64,000 bases of DNA from Bacteriovoracia bacterium. GTDB lineage: Bacteria > Bdellovibrionota > UBA1018 > CAIPTA01. The stretch lies in assembly GCA_050246755.1 (NCBI GenBank), contig JBFWVL010000001.1, positions 1,056,001-1,120,000 on the forward strand, read 5' to 3'. Below, in pieces: positions 38,529 to 47,053 of this stretch (the stretch's first letter is position 1; each line of letters starts with the position of its first letter). The notes beneath the pieces were generated by a model. It did not search any database. It was given only the letters and a program-made list of their open reading frames with translations, and was not told the DNA's origin. A program made the position numbers and the translations under genes.

Positions 38529-39302
38529 CTATGCCTTCAGCATCATGCGGCCAGTATAATCGATTCGCTGTAGAAGCGGATGGACTCCCTTAGCAGCGAA
38601 ATACTCATCGGCCGCCTTGCGCGCGCCGAGCCAGTGGCCGTAATCATCGAGAATCAAAACTCCGCGGGCCGCGAGCAAAGGATACAAATGCTCCATCTCG
38701 TGCTTGGTGGATTCGTACCAATCCGTGTCCAAGCGAAGCAGCGAGATGGTTTTAGGGATCTGCGAAGGTATCGTTTCCTCTACCTTTCCCTGAATAAGAT
38801 GAACTTTCGCGCTGGGATATCCGGTAGCAAGAATATTCTTACGCACCTCTTCGATGCCCGCATAGCACCAGTCGTTATGATCCTCGCGCTGCTGCTTATC
38901 GAATTTAGGCTGCGCGCTCTTCCCGGAATGGCTTACATCGGAATCCGTAGGGGCGCTCATGCCGGAAAAAGTATCGTAGAGATATAAATCCCGATCGGTT
39001 TTGCCAAGGGCCAACAAGGTATAAGCCATCACCATGGAGCTTCCGCCGCGCCATACTCCGCATTCCACGAAATCGCCGGAAAGATTATTTTGCACAACGT
39101 AGCGAACCGCTTGCCAGACCGAGAACATTCGCTCGGCGGAGGTCATGGTGAAAGGACGGCAAAGCTCGTGAATTTTGCGAAACTCTGGATCGAAATCCGG
39201 CGGCAGCGGTTCCACGGCGCGTAGTCTCCGGATCTCAAATCCGAGCGCGCGGAACGGGGCCTGAATCGACTGTTTAAGTTTTTCCACAAACCTTCCTTCC
39301 AT
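38529..39302 (-). CDS. TylF/MycF/NovP-family sugar O-methyltransferase
   Basis: TMTS.ER, GDFVECGVWRGGS, YDTF.GM, LRLDTDWYESTKHE, ILDDYG.W.G. Confidence 0.92.
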   Translation of the reverse strand: MEGRFVEKLKQSIQAPFRALGFEIRRLRAVEPLPPDFDPEFRKIHELCRPFTMTSAERMFSVWQAVRYVVQNNLSGDFVECGVWRGGSSMVMAYTLLALGKTDRDLYLYDTFSGMSAPTDSDVSHSGKSAQPKFDKQQREDHNDWCYAGIEEVRKNILATGYPSAKVHLIQGKVEETIPSQIPKTISLLRLDTDWYESTKHEMEHLYPLLAARGVLILDDYGHWLGARKAADEYFAAKGVHPLLQRIDYTGRMMLKA

Positions 39303-39457
39303 AGCCAACAACGCCAAGCGTCGGAGTTGAGCTGGGAGATCGAGAGCAATAAGGGGTTTTATCGCTCGGAGAGGGCCGGGGTCAAGGTGGAGGAGGCGTC
39401 CATTTCACTCTTGAATATGGTAGAACACCGGAAACGGACAAATACTTCGAGGGTAAG

Positions 39458-40120
39458 ATGACCTACTCCACCGATTGGGAAGACCGCTACCGAGAAGGGG
39501 CTCAAAAAAGCCTCTGGCCATGGTCCGATCTGATTTCCGCCGTAATGCGTCACGCGCGGCCCCAAAATAAAGAGTACCGAGTTTTGGAGCTTGGCCCCGG
39601 CCTCGGTGCGAATATCCCTTTTTTTGAATCCCTCGGCGTGGACTATTGGGGACTAGACGGTAGCGAATCAGCCGTTTCCGCGATTGCAGAGCGCTTTCCG
39701 AAATACGCGGCTAATATCCGGCAGGGAGATTTTTCCCGCCCCCTCCCCTACGAAACCTGCTTCGACGCGGTTATCGATCGGGCCGCCGTGACTCATAATT
39801 CCCGGGAGTCTATACTTTCCATCATCCGGGAGGTGCATCGCGTGCTTAAGCCGGGAGGCAAGTTCGTGGGGATCGACTGGTTTTCGAAAAGCTATTCGGA
39901 ATTCAAGAAAAGCTCAGGTACGGATCCACATACCCGAAAATTTAATCAAGGCCCCTTCGCCAATCTGGGTCTGGTCCATTTTTCCGACCAAGAGGACCTG
40001 AACGAAATTTTTAAAGATTTCCGCTTTCTCCTTCTGGAAGAAAAAATCATGCGCCGTGAAATTCCCGCAGACTCTTTCGTCTACGCCAGCTGGAATTTAG
40101 TGGCGGAGAAAGTGAAGTAG
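39458..40120 (+). CDS. Class I SAM-dependent methyltransferase
   Basis: W...Y......WPWSDL, VLELGPG.GAN, G.DGS, FDAVIDRAA, VLKPGG. Confidence 0.87.
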   Translation: MTYSTDWEDRYREGAQKSLWPWSDLISAVMRHARPQNKEYRVLELGPGLGANIPFFESLGVDYWGLDGSESAVSAIAERFPKYAANIRQGDFSRPLPYETCFDAVIDRAAVTHNSRESILSIIREVHRVLKPGGKFVGIDWFSKSYSEFKKSSGTDPHTRKFNQGPFANLGLVHFSDQEDLNEIFKDFRFLLLEEKIMRREIPADSFVYASWNLVAEKVK

Positions 40121-40123
40121 ATT

Positions 40124-41485
40124 TTGAAAAAAATCGTCTTCGTTATCGAGCGAATCCTGATCAACAAATGGTACGCGCCTTTGATCGATCAGGCCCTCTC
40201 ACGTGGTTTCACCGTAGAATGCTGGCTCGATCAAAAAGATATTTCGCAAACCACCAAATGGTACGAAACCCCTTCTGCGGAAAAGATGCCGAGATTTTCT
40301 AGCGGCACTCCGAGCTACCGCGACTATAGCGGCGATGCGGAACTTGCGCGTCTAACCGAAAATGCAGGCGACATCATTCTATTCACGGATCGCCCACCGA
40401 ACTGCGAAAAGCCGGATAACCAGCTGTGGGCTCACGTGGTCACTACCTATTTCGACTCCTACGCCAGCCTGGCGCCGAAAACTTTAGATAAGTTCGATTT
40501 CGTCTATTGCGCCACGGAATATTGGGCCAAGGCCGCAGAAACTTTTTATCTCCTTTCCAAAAGGGCCGAGCCTAACTCTCCCGAAATCTTGAGCCTCAGA
40601 AAAAAACTAGTCCCGCTCGGCGTACCCCAGTTCGATCACTTCGCCATGATCGACCGAAATGCGGTTCGCAAAAAAATGGGAATTCCTCCCGATGCTAAAG
40701 TGGTGACCGTGTACGTGTTCGAACCCGGCATTACTTATTGGGCCCAGCGCATTTTCTGGGTGCCGGAGCTTTGGAAACGCTTGCTGCACATCCTGATCTT
40801 ACCGATCAGTTACGAGCGATTTTACAGCAAAGTGGGAAAAGCGAAATTCTGGAAGATGCTTTGGTGGTCGATCGTGGAAAGACCCGGTTACCTAGCCGCT
40901 GCTTTTCGCGACCCCTCGGAAAAAGAAGTGCTCTTTAAGATCAAAGAATTCTGTGCGCGGAACGGCTATTTCCTGCTTTTTAAGTACCGAAAAAAATACC
41001 ACACCCCTCGTCCGTATCAGGTGGGACTAGCCGATCACACCCTCTATGAGGACCCCGATTATTATCCTTACACTTCCGCGCAAGTAATCGCCGCTTCCGA
41101 CCTGCTCATTGCCAATTTTTCCACCGCGGTGGGTGAGGCCGCCTATTACGGCGTACCCTCAATCCATCTCGTGCCCCTGGAAGCCAAGTGGCAGCTCGAG
41201 CATCAATATCGTTTAGTGTACAAAGAAAATTCGGCCGAGCTCGCACACGCCTTCTGGAATATCATTCACAACAACGCTCCCGGAAATTTCTACAATTTTC
41301 CCGGCGTAGTGAATAATATGACCGTGAATGAGCTGGTGAGAGAGCTGCCTAAGCGCAAGCTCGAAGATTTCCCGGTGAATAAAGAGGCCGCCGTCCAGTA
41401 CCGCCGCAAGTTTTTATCACCTTCCGACGAGCCTTCGGCAAAACTGATTCTGAATCATATTCAGCGGCAAAAAGGCTGGGCTTAA
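40124..41485 (+). CDS. Putative GT-B glycosyl/polyol-phosphate transferase
   Basis: G.P.FD motif (LGVPQFD) and SDLLIANFSTAVGEAAYYGVP, typical of TagF/capsule/ulosonate transferase C-terminal domains. Confidence 0.55.
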   Translation: MKKIVFVIERILINKWYAPLIDQALSRGFTVECWLDQKDISQTTKWYETPSAEKMPRFSSGTPSYRDYSGDAELARLTENAGDIILFTDRPPNCEKPDNQLWAHVVTTYFDSYASLAPKTLDKFDFVYCATEYWAKAAETFYLLSKRAEPNSPEILSLRKKLVPLGVPQFDHFAMIDRNAVRKKMGIPPDAKVVTVYVFEPGITYWAQRIFWVPELWKRLLHILILPISYERFYSKVGKAKFWKMLWWSIVERPGYLAAAFRDPSEKEVLFKIKEFCARNGYFLLFKYRKKYHTPRPYQVGLADHTLYEDPDYYPYTSAQVIAASDLLIANFSTAVGEAAYYGVPSIHLVPLEAKWQLEHQYRLVYKENSAELAHAFWNIIHNNAPGNFYNFPGVVNNMTVNELVRELPKRKLEDFPVNKEAAVQYRRKFLSPSDEPSAKLILNHIQRQKGWA

Positions 41486-41486
41486 T

Positions 41487-43403
41487 TTAACGGATATTTT
41501 TCAAAATAAACTCGGCTAAGCGCTCATTAGCTTTTCCATCGAGCTGACCCACCACTCTTTCGGCGAATTTTTGCCCGTGGGCAATCCATTTCTCGCGATA
41601 GACCGGATCCCCGTGGAGTCGGCCTATCTCCTGGCCCAGATCTCCTCCGGTTACCACGCAAACGCCGGACTTATATCTCTGATAGGCGAATCTTCCGCCC
41701 TCCATATCGAAGGCCGCGAAGGCCGTTTCACTGCCGCCGATCGCCAGCGGCGTGCGCGTAAAATTCACTTCCAGGTTCGCCGTGCTTCCGGGGGTGCCCA
41801 CCACCACATCGGCGGCCGCGCACAACAGATCGAGCGGAACCTCTCCGATGACTACTTTTGCGCCGACGCAATACCGCCTAGCCTGATCTTCCAGCAAGGC
41901 ACGGTCCTCGAATGGATGGCCCTTGATCACCATCTGCGCACCGCAAGTTTTAGCCGCGGCTTCGCATTCCCGCAAAATCCATTTTTTATCTTCCCAGCCG
42001 AGCGTGAAAGAAACAGCCCGAGAAAGGAAGAGAAAGATCGGCTTCTGCGGATCTAGCCCCAGCTTTTGCCGCACACTTTTTTCGGCTGCTTGCTTGGATT
42101 TTTCGTCGAATACCCGCTCGAACAGCACGCTACCCGCGTTCAGCGAACTACTCCGCTTCGCAATCCCTTTTGCCTCCCAGCGATCGATGAACCAAGGCGT
42201 AAGGGCCGCATAGAAATCGCCCATCCCGCGAATATGATTTTCTACCAGCGTGGCCGAAGAATTGTATCCATCCATGATCTGCTGATCGTAGAACGCCGGA
42301 ATTTTAAGCCGTCGGGCCGTATCGGCCGAAATATAAGGCAACTCCAGCGGATCGGTGAAAACGAAGGCCACCGGCGCTATTTTTGAGATCGCACGGTCGA
42401 TATAGCGGGCGGTAAGCGCGGCGATGGCCGCCTCGTCGAACCAAATCTCTCTCATGGCCGCCGCATGGAACTTCGCGATGTTTACGCCTTCATATTCATG
42501 GGTCAAAGCTTGGATTAACGTACGCTTCGCGCGCCAAAGACGCGCAAGTTTTCCGTGCAAAGAGAAGTAGTCCCGCTTGAGGGGAAATTCAGCGAGTAGA
42601 TCTTCGAGATTCACTACTTCGGGAGCTAGGCGAACGGAAAAAAAAGGTTGGAGAGCGATCGCCTTGGTTCCCTTTTTCTCTAGTGCCCGCATAGTGGGCC
42701 GGGCATAGTGGTATACTCGCTCTTTACCCATGCCGAAAATAACGCCGCCCCGAAAAGAAGAAAGATCTCGTCGTGAGATATGCACAAATCGCCGCGAAAA
42801 ATGCCTTAACGCTCGCTTAACATCTCCATAAATTTTGGCGCATTCTTCCAGCGCAATAAGGGGAAGCGCGGAAATGATGCTGGCCGGCGATACGGGGACC
42901 CGGGTACCGGCCGTTCCGGCAGAAGCGGCCAAAAGCAGTTCGCAAAAATATCCCCTTCCCGCCAGATTTAAAGAAACAATCGGGTTCTTTTGGAGAAAAT
43001 TTCTGATCCCGGAGATAAAATAGGGCAAGTCTTCCCCATGAGGAGAAATGAAACGGTAGCTCAGGGCGCGAGGAATGGAAATTCCCCCTTCCCAGGCTGA
43101 AGCATCCATCTCGAGGATTTTAATCGCCGCATCGTTGAAATCGCTAAACTCGCGAAAATCTTCCGCGTAACAGCTGGCAAGCAAACGCAGCTCCGGCCAG
43201 GCGATCGCCTGGTACCCTAGCGAAACCGCAACTTCCTTAAGGGCCGCCGGGCCCAATACCCAATCATCGGCCTCCATATTTCTTCTCGCGAGGAAAAAAT
43301 TTATCCTTAGAAGAAATTTGGCGAGAAAAAAAAGCGGGGGAGATGCCACGATTCGCGGCGAGATTTCTTCAAGAGCCAGGAGTTTTACCGGATGCGGAGC
43401 CAC
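41487..43403 (-). CDS. Putative GT-B transferase (ulosonate/capsule biosynthesis-like)
   Basis: C-terminal IKGHPFE (K.HP) and ADVVVG..GST..LE, ending DGKA.ER; N-terminal part unrecognised. Confidence 0.5.
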   Translation of the reverse strand: MAPHPVKLLALEEISPRIVASPPLFFLAKFLLRINFFLARRNMEADDWVLGPAALKEVAVSLGYQAIAWPELRLLASCYAEDFREFSDFNDAAIKILEMDASAWEGGISIPRALSYRFISPHGEDLPYFISGIRNFLQKNPIVSLNLAGRGYFCELLLAASAGTAGTRVPVSPASIISALPLIALEECAKIYGDVKRALRHFSRRFVHISRRDLSSFRGGVIFGMGKERVYHYARPTMRALEKKGTKAIALQPFFSVRLAPEVVNLEDLLAEFPLKRDYFSLHGKLARLWRAKRTLIQALTHEYEGVNIAKFHAAAMREIWFDEAAIAALTARYIDRAISKIAPVAFVFTDPLELPYISADTARRLKIPAFYDQQIMDGYNSSATLVENHIRGMGDFYAALTPWFIDRWEAKGIAKRSSSLNAGSVLFERVFDEKSKQAAEKSVRQKLGLDPQKPIFLFLSRAVSFTLGWEDKKWILRECEAAAKTCGAQMVIKGHPFEDRALLEDQARRYCVGAKVVIGEVPLDLLCAAADVVVGTPGSTANLEVNFTRTPLAIGGSETAFAAFDMEGGRFAYQRYKSGVCVVTGGDLGQEIGRLHGDPVYREKWIAHGQKFAERVVGQLDGKANERLAEFILKNIR

Positions 43404-44417
43404 TTATTTTCCCGGATCGAGAATACAGTGATAGTACGGATTCAAGGTGCCGCCGAAACTGAGCTTAAACCAGCCGCGGGCCGGGCTATTTACGCCTTCA
43501 AGATCCACCATGGTGATGCCCACTTGGCTTAACGCCTTAAATGCGTCCCAGATCACTATCGTGCCTGAATAACGGTCGATATGCTCTGGATCGTTCCCGC
43601 CGAAAAGATAGTAGGCATTTTTACCGTGAAGGCCAAAAAGCGCCGCGCTAACCGCCTTCCCCTCTTTGTTATTCACCACGAAAAGCTTCGCGAGGTTGAT
43701 TTCCAGCAGGTTAGAGGCCAATGCTTCGATTCGCCGGCAGCGGGCGTCTACTTCCGCCATTTCGGCGTTCTGTTTGGCGAAGGTAGCCCTATAAAGACGG
43801 ATAAGATCGGCGACGCTGCCTTTTTCGGAGGCGCTTATCCCGTCTTTTCTCGCGTAACGGATTTCTTGCCGGCGCGATGAACTCATTTCTTCGTAGGCCA
43901 AGCAAGCTTGCTCATCGGAATTCCCACGAATCGATTCGATATTGACCAACGTGGTATAGCGGATACGAATCGAGAATTTTTTCGCCGCATCGGCCTCATG
44001 GTAATTATGCCAGAGAAATGGGCGAATATCGTTGAGGCTAGGCGCTAACGCCATCATGATTTTTTTAAACTTTAGCGCAAGTTCACTGATCACGAATTCC
44101 GTTATTTCAAATCGCTTGGAAAGAATAGTCTGATTACCCTCGTTGCCGCTTGGTGGGAAAAGAACGAGGCCGCTGTAGATAACCAAATCGTCGAAATCCG
44201 TTTTTTCGGAATCGGTCTCGTCCAATACGAGATAAACGCCGGCGCGAGGTTCCCCGCCCTTGATCACCTGAAAATAAGCGATCTTACGCCCGGTGGCCTC
44301 GAGGTATTCTGCCCGCGCAAAAAGCGTGGCGTCCGGGCTCCGTTCCACGAATCGGTTCCATTGGAGCGAATCCTGGATCGGCAGCAGTGAATATTTGTCC
44401 GTAACGCCCTTAGACAA
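43404..44417 (-). CDS. GNAT-family (FemAB/acetyltransf_6-like) acyltransferase
   Basis: W..FV..SP..T.F, RR..IR.A.K.G, YYLFG, DLEG.NSP.RG.FKLSFGG. Confidence 0.8.
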   Translation of the reverse strand: MSKGVTDKYSLLPIQDSLQWNRFVERSPDATLFARAEYLEATGRKIAYFQVIKGGEPRAGVYLVLDETDSEKTDFDDLVIYSGLVLFPPSGNEGNQTILSKRFEITEFVISELALKFKKIMMALAPSLNDIRPFLWHNYHEADAAKKFSIRIRYTTLVNIESIRGNSDEQACLAYEEMSSSRRQEIRYARKDGISASEKGSVADLIRLYRATFAKQNAEMAEVDARCRRIEALASNLLEINLAKLFVVNNKEGKAVSAALFGLHGKNAYYLFGGNDPEHIDRYSGTIVIWDAFKALSQVGITMVDLEGVNSPARGWFKLSFGGTLNPYYHCILDPGK

Positions 44418-44527
44418 TTGAAAATAACCCCTAATTTAGGTGCAGTCCCCATTTTTGGCCCGAAAGCTCCAATTCCACAAGCAGGAAGCAGGGCCGGAAT
44501 CGATGATAACATAACGCACTTCGCCCA

Positions 44528-44551
44528 TGGTACTCTCTAGCTAAAGGGAGG
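44528..44551 (+). promoter_or_regulatory. Candidate extended -10 promoter (TGgTACTCT) and Shine-Dalgarno (GGAGG) for the pseH-like gene
   Basis: TG at 44528-44529, TACTCT at 44531-44536, GGAGG at 44547-44551, 7 nt before CTG 44559. Confidence 0.4.
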
Positions 44552-44558
44552 GGATCTT

Positions 44559-44987
44559 CTGGAGTTCCGACGAGTAAAAATCACCGATTCCGAGCTACTC
44601 CTACTTTGGCGCAATGATCCCGAAACTAGGGCTAATTCCCTCGATTCCGCCGAGGTGAGCCGCGCCACCCACGAGGCCTGGTTACAGGCCACTCTTCAAA
44701 GTAAGCAACGAATGCTATTTATAGCCGAAGAATCCGGCCATCCCGTGGGGACCGTCCGCCTAGATTGTGGCGATAGGGACTGTGAACTTTCCTGGACGGT
44801 GGCTCCCGCCTTTCGAGGCAAGGGAAAGGGAAAAGAGCTAGTAGCTAAAGCCTCCGGACTGACTGACCTCCCCCTCACCGCCCGGATCTTGGAAAAAAAC
44901 GAAGCCTCCATGCGGATCGCTAAATCCGCCGGCTTTACGCTCGTAAAAACGGAAAACGGCGTGACTCACTGGAAAAAAACGAAATAG
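44559..44987 (+). CDS. GNAT N-acetyltransferase, PseH-like (probable CTG start)
   Basis: In-frame extension upstream of the track start gives LEFRRVKITDSELLLLWRNDPETRANS...H..W, then G.VRLD and FRGKGKG, N.AS....GF. Confidence 0.75.
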   Translation: MEFRRVKITDSELLLLWRNDPETRANSLDSAEVSRATHEAWLQATLQSKQRMLFIAEESGHPVGTVRLDCGDRDCELSWTVAPAFRGKGKGKELVAKASGLTDLPLTARILEKNEASMRIAKSAGFTLVKTENGVTHWKKTK

Positions 44988-46286
44988 CTATTTTACTTCG
45001 GCTAGAAGGCCGGCGGCCTCGAGTTTTTGCGCCAGAGGCACTAGATCCAATACGCTGCACTTCGCGATTTCCGCCAGATGACAGAGGTCATTCTTCCCGT
45101 CGGCGTAGAAAAGCAAATATTTGATCCGCAGGAGCTCATCGCCGATTTCCCGGAAATTACCTACCGTAGGGTAAAGCCCCCTTTTGCCGAGCTGAGGTTC
45201 ACACTCGGTATGAAGCGCCCGGTAAGTGCGATTCCCCTCTAAGGCTTCGATGATTTTAAGATGCAAATTCACGGCGCCTTGAATGGCCGCGAAGGAAAGC
45301 AGGGCTTTATTGTCGAGCGAGGTATGATACTCGGGATACTCCATATACCGGCCTTGCGAAATCGAGATCACCGGTAAATTGAACGCGGGCGAGCAAAATT
45401 GTCGCTCGTCGCTACCAGTGGGAAAAAAATCATCTACGCGATGGCCCTTGCCGCTAAAGCGCAAAATATTGACGGCACAACGATCGGCCGCGCTGTCTCC
45501 GCGCTTACTTTTCTTCAAAGTAAATTCGTCCTTTAGCCCGCAGCAGGTGAATACAAATCCACCCCGGGAATCGCGTTTCATCGCTTCCCCGTGCTCGCTC
45601 AGATAGGCAATGGCGCCAATCGTCTCCGGAGCAACCACAAACCGGTAAGAAAAACGCCGGCCAGGCATGGCTTTCAACGCCCGGTAGAGCGAAGCCAAAG
45701 CCAAGGGGCCCGACAATTCATTATTCGCCATCGAAGGATGACAAAGGTAGGTGCTGAGTAGAATTTCGCCTTCGGATTTTCCGGACTCCGGCGCCAATAT
45801 GAAATGCCCGTAGGTAAGCGAACCTTCTTTTAAAGAGCTGCGTACCACCACCTGGTACTTGCCCTCGGGTAAATCGTCTCGCTGTTTTTGACTCAGGCAG
45901 AATCCCCAGCGCTTGTTATAGTAAGAAGTAACGTAGGGAATAGCCTCGGGAAGCTCGGAAAGCGAATAGAGATGCGCATCCAATTCTTGGCGGGTCATTT
46001 CTCCTTCGAAAGGAATCGAGTAGCCCACAAGGTGGAGATTATTCTCGGAAAAATCCAAGATCTTTTTACCTTTTGGATCCACCACGTAAGCTTCCGCCAC
46101 GTTCCATTCAGGCGGGATCGTCCAATCGAATACTTCCTTACCGGTGGGAACCTCCACTAGCTTCAATGGCACAACTTCGCCCAAAATCTTTAGCGAGTCT
46201 CGGAGACCGTTGCCCGTAATGCTGCGGGGAAGCGGCCAAAGGCGATCAAAGAGCGCTTCTAATTCGGCTAGAGACAGCTGTGACAT
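44988..46286 (-). CDS. DUF4910/DUF2172 aminopeptidase-like polysaccharide biosynthesis protein (Cj1295-like)
   Basis: RSITG.G.R..L, FDW.IP.EW, NNLH...YS, P.AIPY.TSYY...WGFC, CHPSMANNELSG, PETIG, GSDERQ, YPEYHTS.D, EPQLGKRGLY. Confidence 0.88.
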   Translation of the reverse strand: MSQLSLAELEALFDRLWPLPRSITGNGLRDSLKILGEVVPLKLVEVPTGKEVFDWTIPPEWNVAEAYVVDPKGKKILDFSENNLHLVGYSIPFEGEMTRQELDAHLYSLSELPEAIPYVTSYYNKRWGFCLSQKQRDDLPEGKYQVVVRSSLKEGSLTYGHFILAPESGKSEGEILLSTYLCHPSMANNELSGPLALASLYRALKAMPGRRFSYRFVVAPETIGAIAYLSEHGEAMKRDSRGGFVFTCCGLKDEFTLKKSKRGDSAADRCAVNILRFSGKGHRVDDFFPTGSDERQFCSPAFNLPVISISQGRYMEYPEYHTSLDNKALLSFAAIQGAVNLHLKIIEALEGNRTYRALHTECEPQLGKRGLYPTVGNFREIGDELLRIKYLLFYADGKNDLCHLAEIAKCSVLDLVPLAQKLEAAGLLAEVK

Positions 46287-46307
46287 AGATTGAGTGTTTA
46301 CCACGCC

Positions 46308-47009
46308 TCAGCCCTTCGTGCCTCGCAACAACTGGTATTTAAGTTCGGCAATTTTCCAGTCGTCTTCGGTATCGATGTCTTGCACTTCGGTCTCAGGAAG
46401 CACGAGAGGCGCCGTATCATCGGAAAACAATAGCGGCTTCTGGAGGAACTCCGCCACCTTCCCGCAATAGAATTGCCCGGCATCATGATAGGAAACGGCT
46501 AAATCCTGAGAGCGAGCTTTCGCGTAAGCCGCGTCTAGCCAGCGTAACTTTCCAGATTCGATTTTCAGGGCGCGCTGGATAGGCGGGCTGAAGGCAACCA
46601 CAGGTATCACCGTTTTGGTATTTCCCTCTTCGAGCAGTTTCATGGCCGATTGCAAGCGAGCGGCGTTCACGAACGGCGAAGTGGGATACAGGCAGCAAAA
46701 GGTCTCGAAGCTGCGCCCTTGCCTCGCGAAAGCCTCGAGCACTTCGAGGATCACTTCGGCAGTTCCGGCGTGATCATCGGAGTTTTTGGCAGAACGAAAA
46801 AAAGGAACGGTAGCTCCCGCGGATTTTGCGATTTCGGCGATTTCGGGATCGTCGGTCGATACCATTACTTCGGCAAACAACTTCGAGGTGAGGGCGGCCT
46901 CGATCGGGTAAGCCAGGATCGGGCGTCCATGAAAGACACGAATATTTTTTCGCGGGATTCTTTTGCTTCCGCCCCGGGCGGTAATGATCGCGATTCTGTT
47001 TTTGTTCAA
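46308..47009 (-). CDS. pseF: Pseudaminic acid cytidylyltransferase
   Basis: ARGGSKRIPRKNI, VSTDD.EIA, CC.YPT.PF, RSQDL...YHDAGQFY, QDIDTEDDW..AE. Confidence 0.9.
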   Translation of the reverse strand: MNKNRIAIITARGGSKRIPRKNIRVFHGRPILAYPIEAALTSKLFAEVMVSTDDPEIAEIAKSAGATVPFFRSAKNSDDHAGTAEVILEVLEAFARQGRSFETFCCLYPTSPFVNAARLQSAMKLLEEGNTKTVIPVVAFSPPIQRALKIESGKLRWLDAAYAKARSQDLAVSYHDAGQFYCGKVAEFLQKPLLFSDDTAPLVLPETEVQDIDTEDDWKIAELKYQLLRGTKG

Positions 47010-47053
47010 AACGCCTCCGTGAGCGAATGATACTATAAATAGGTTTTCGCCCG

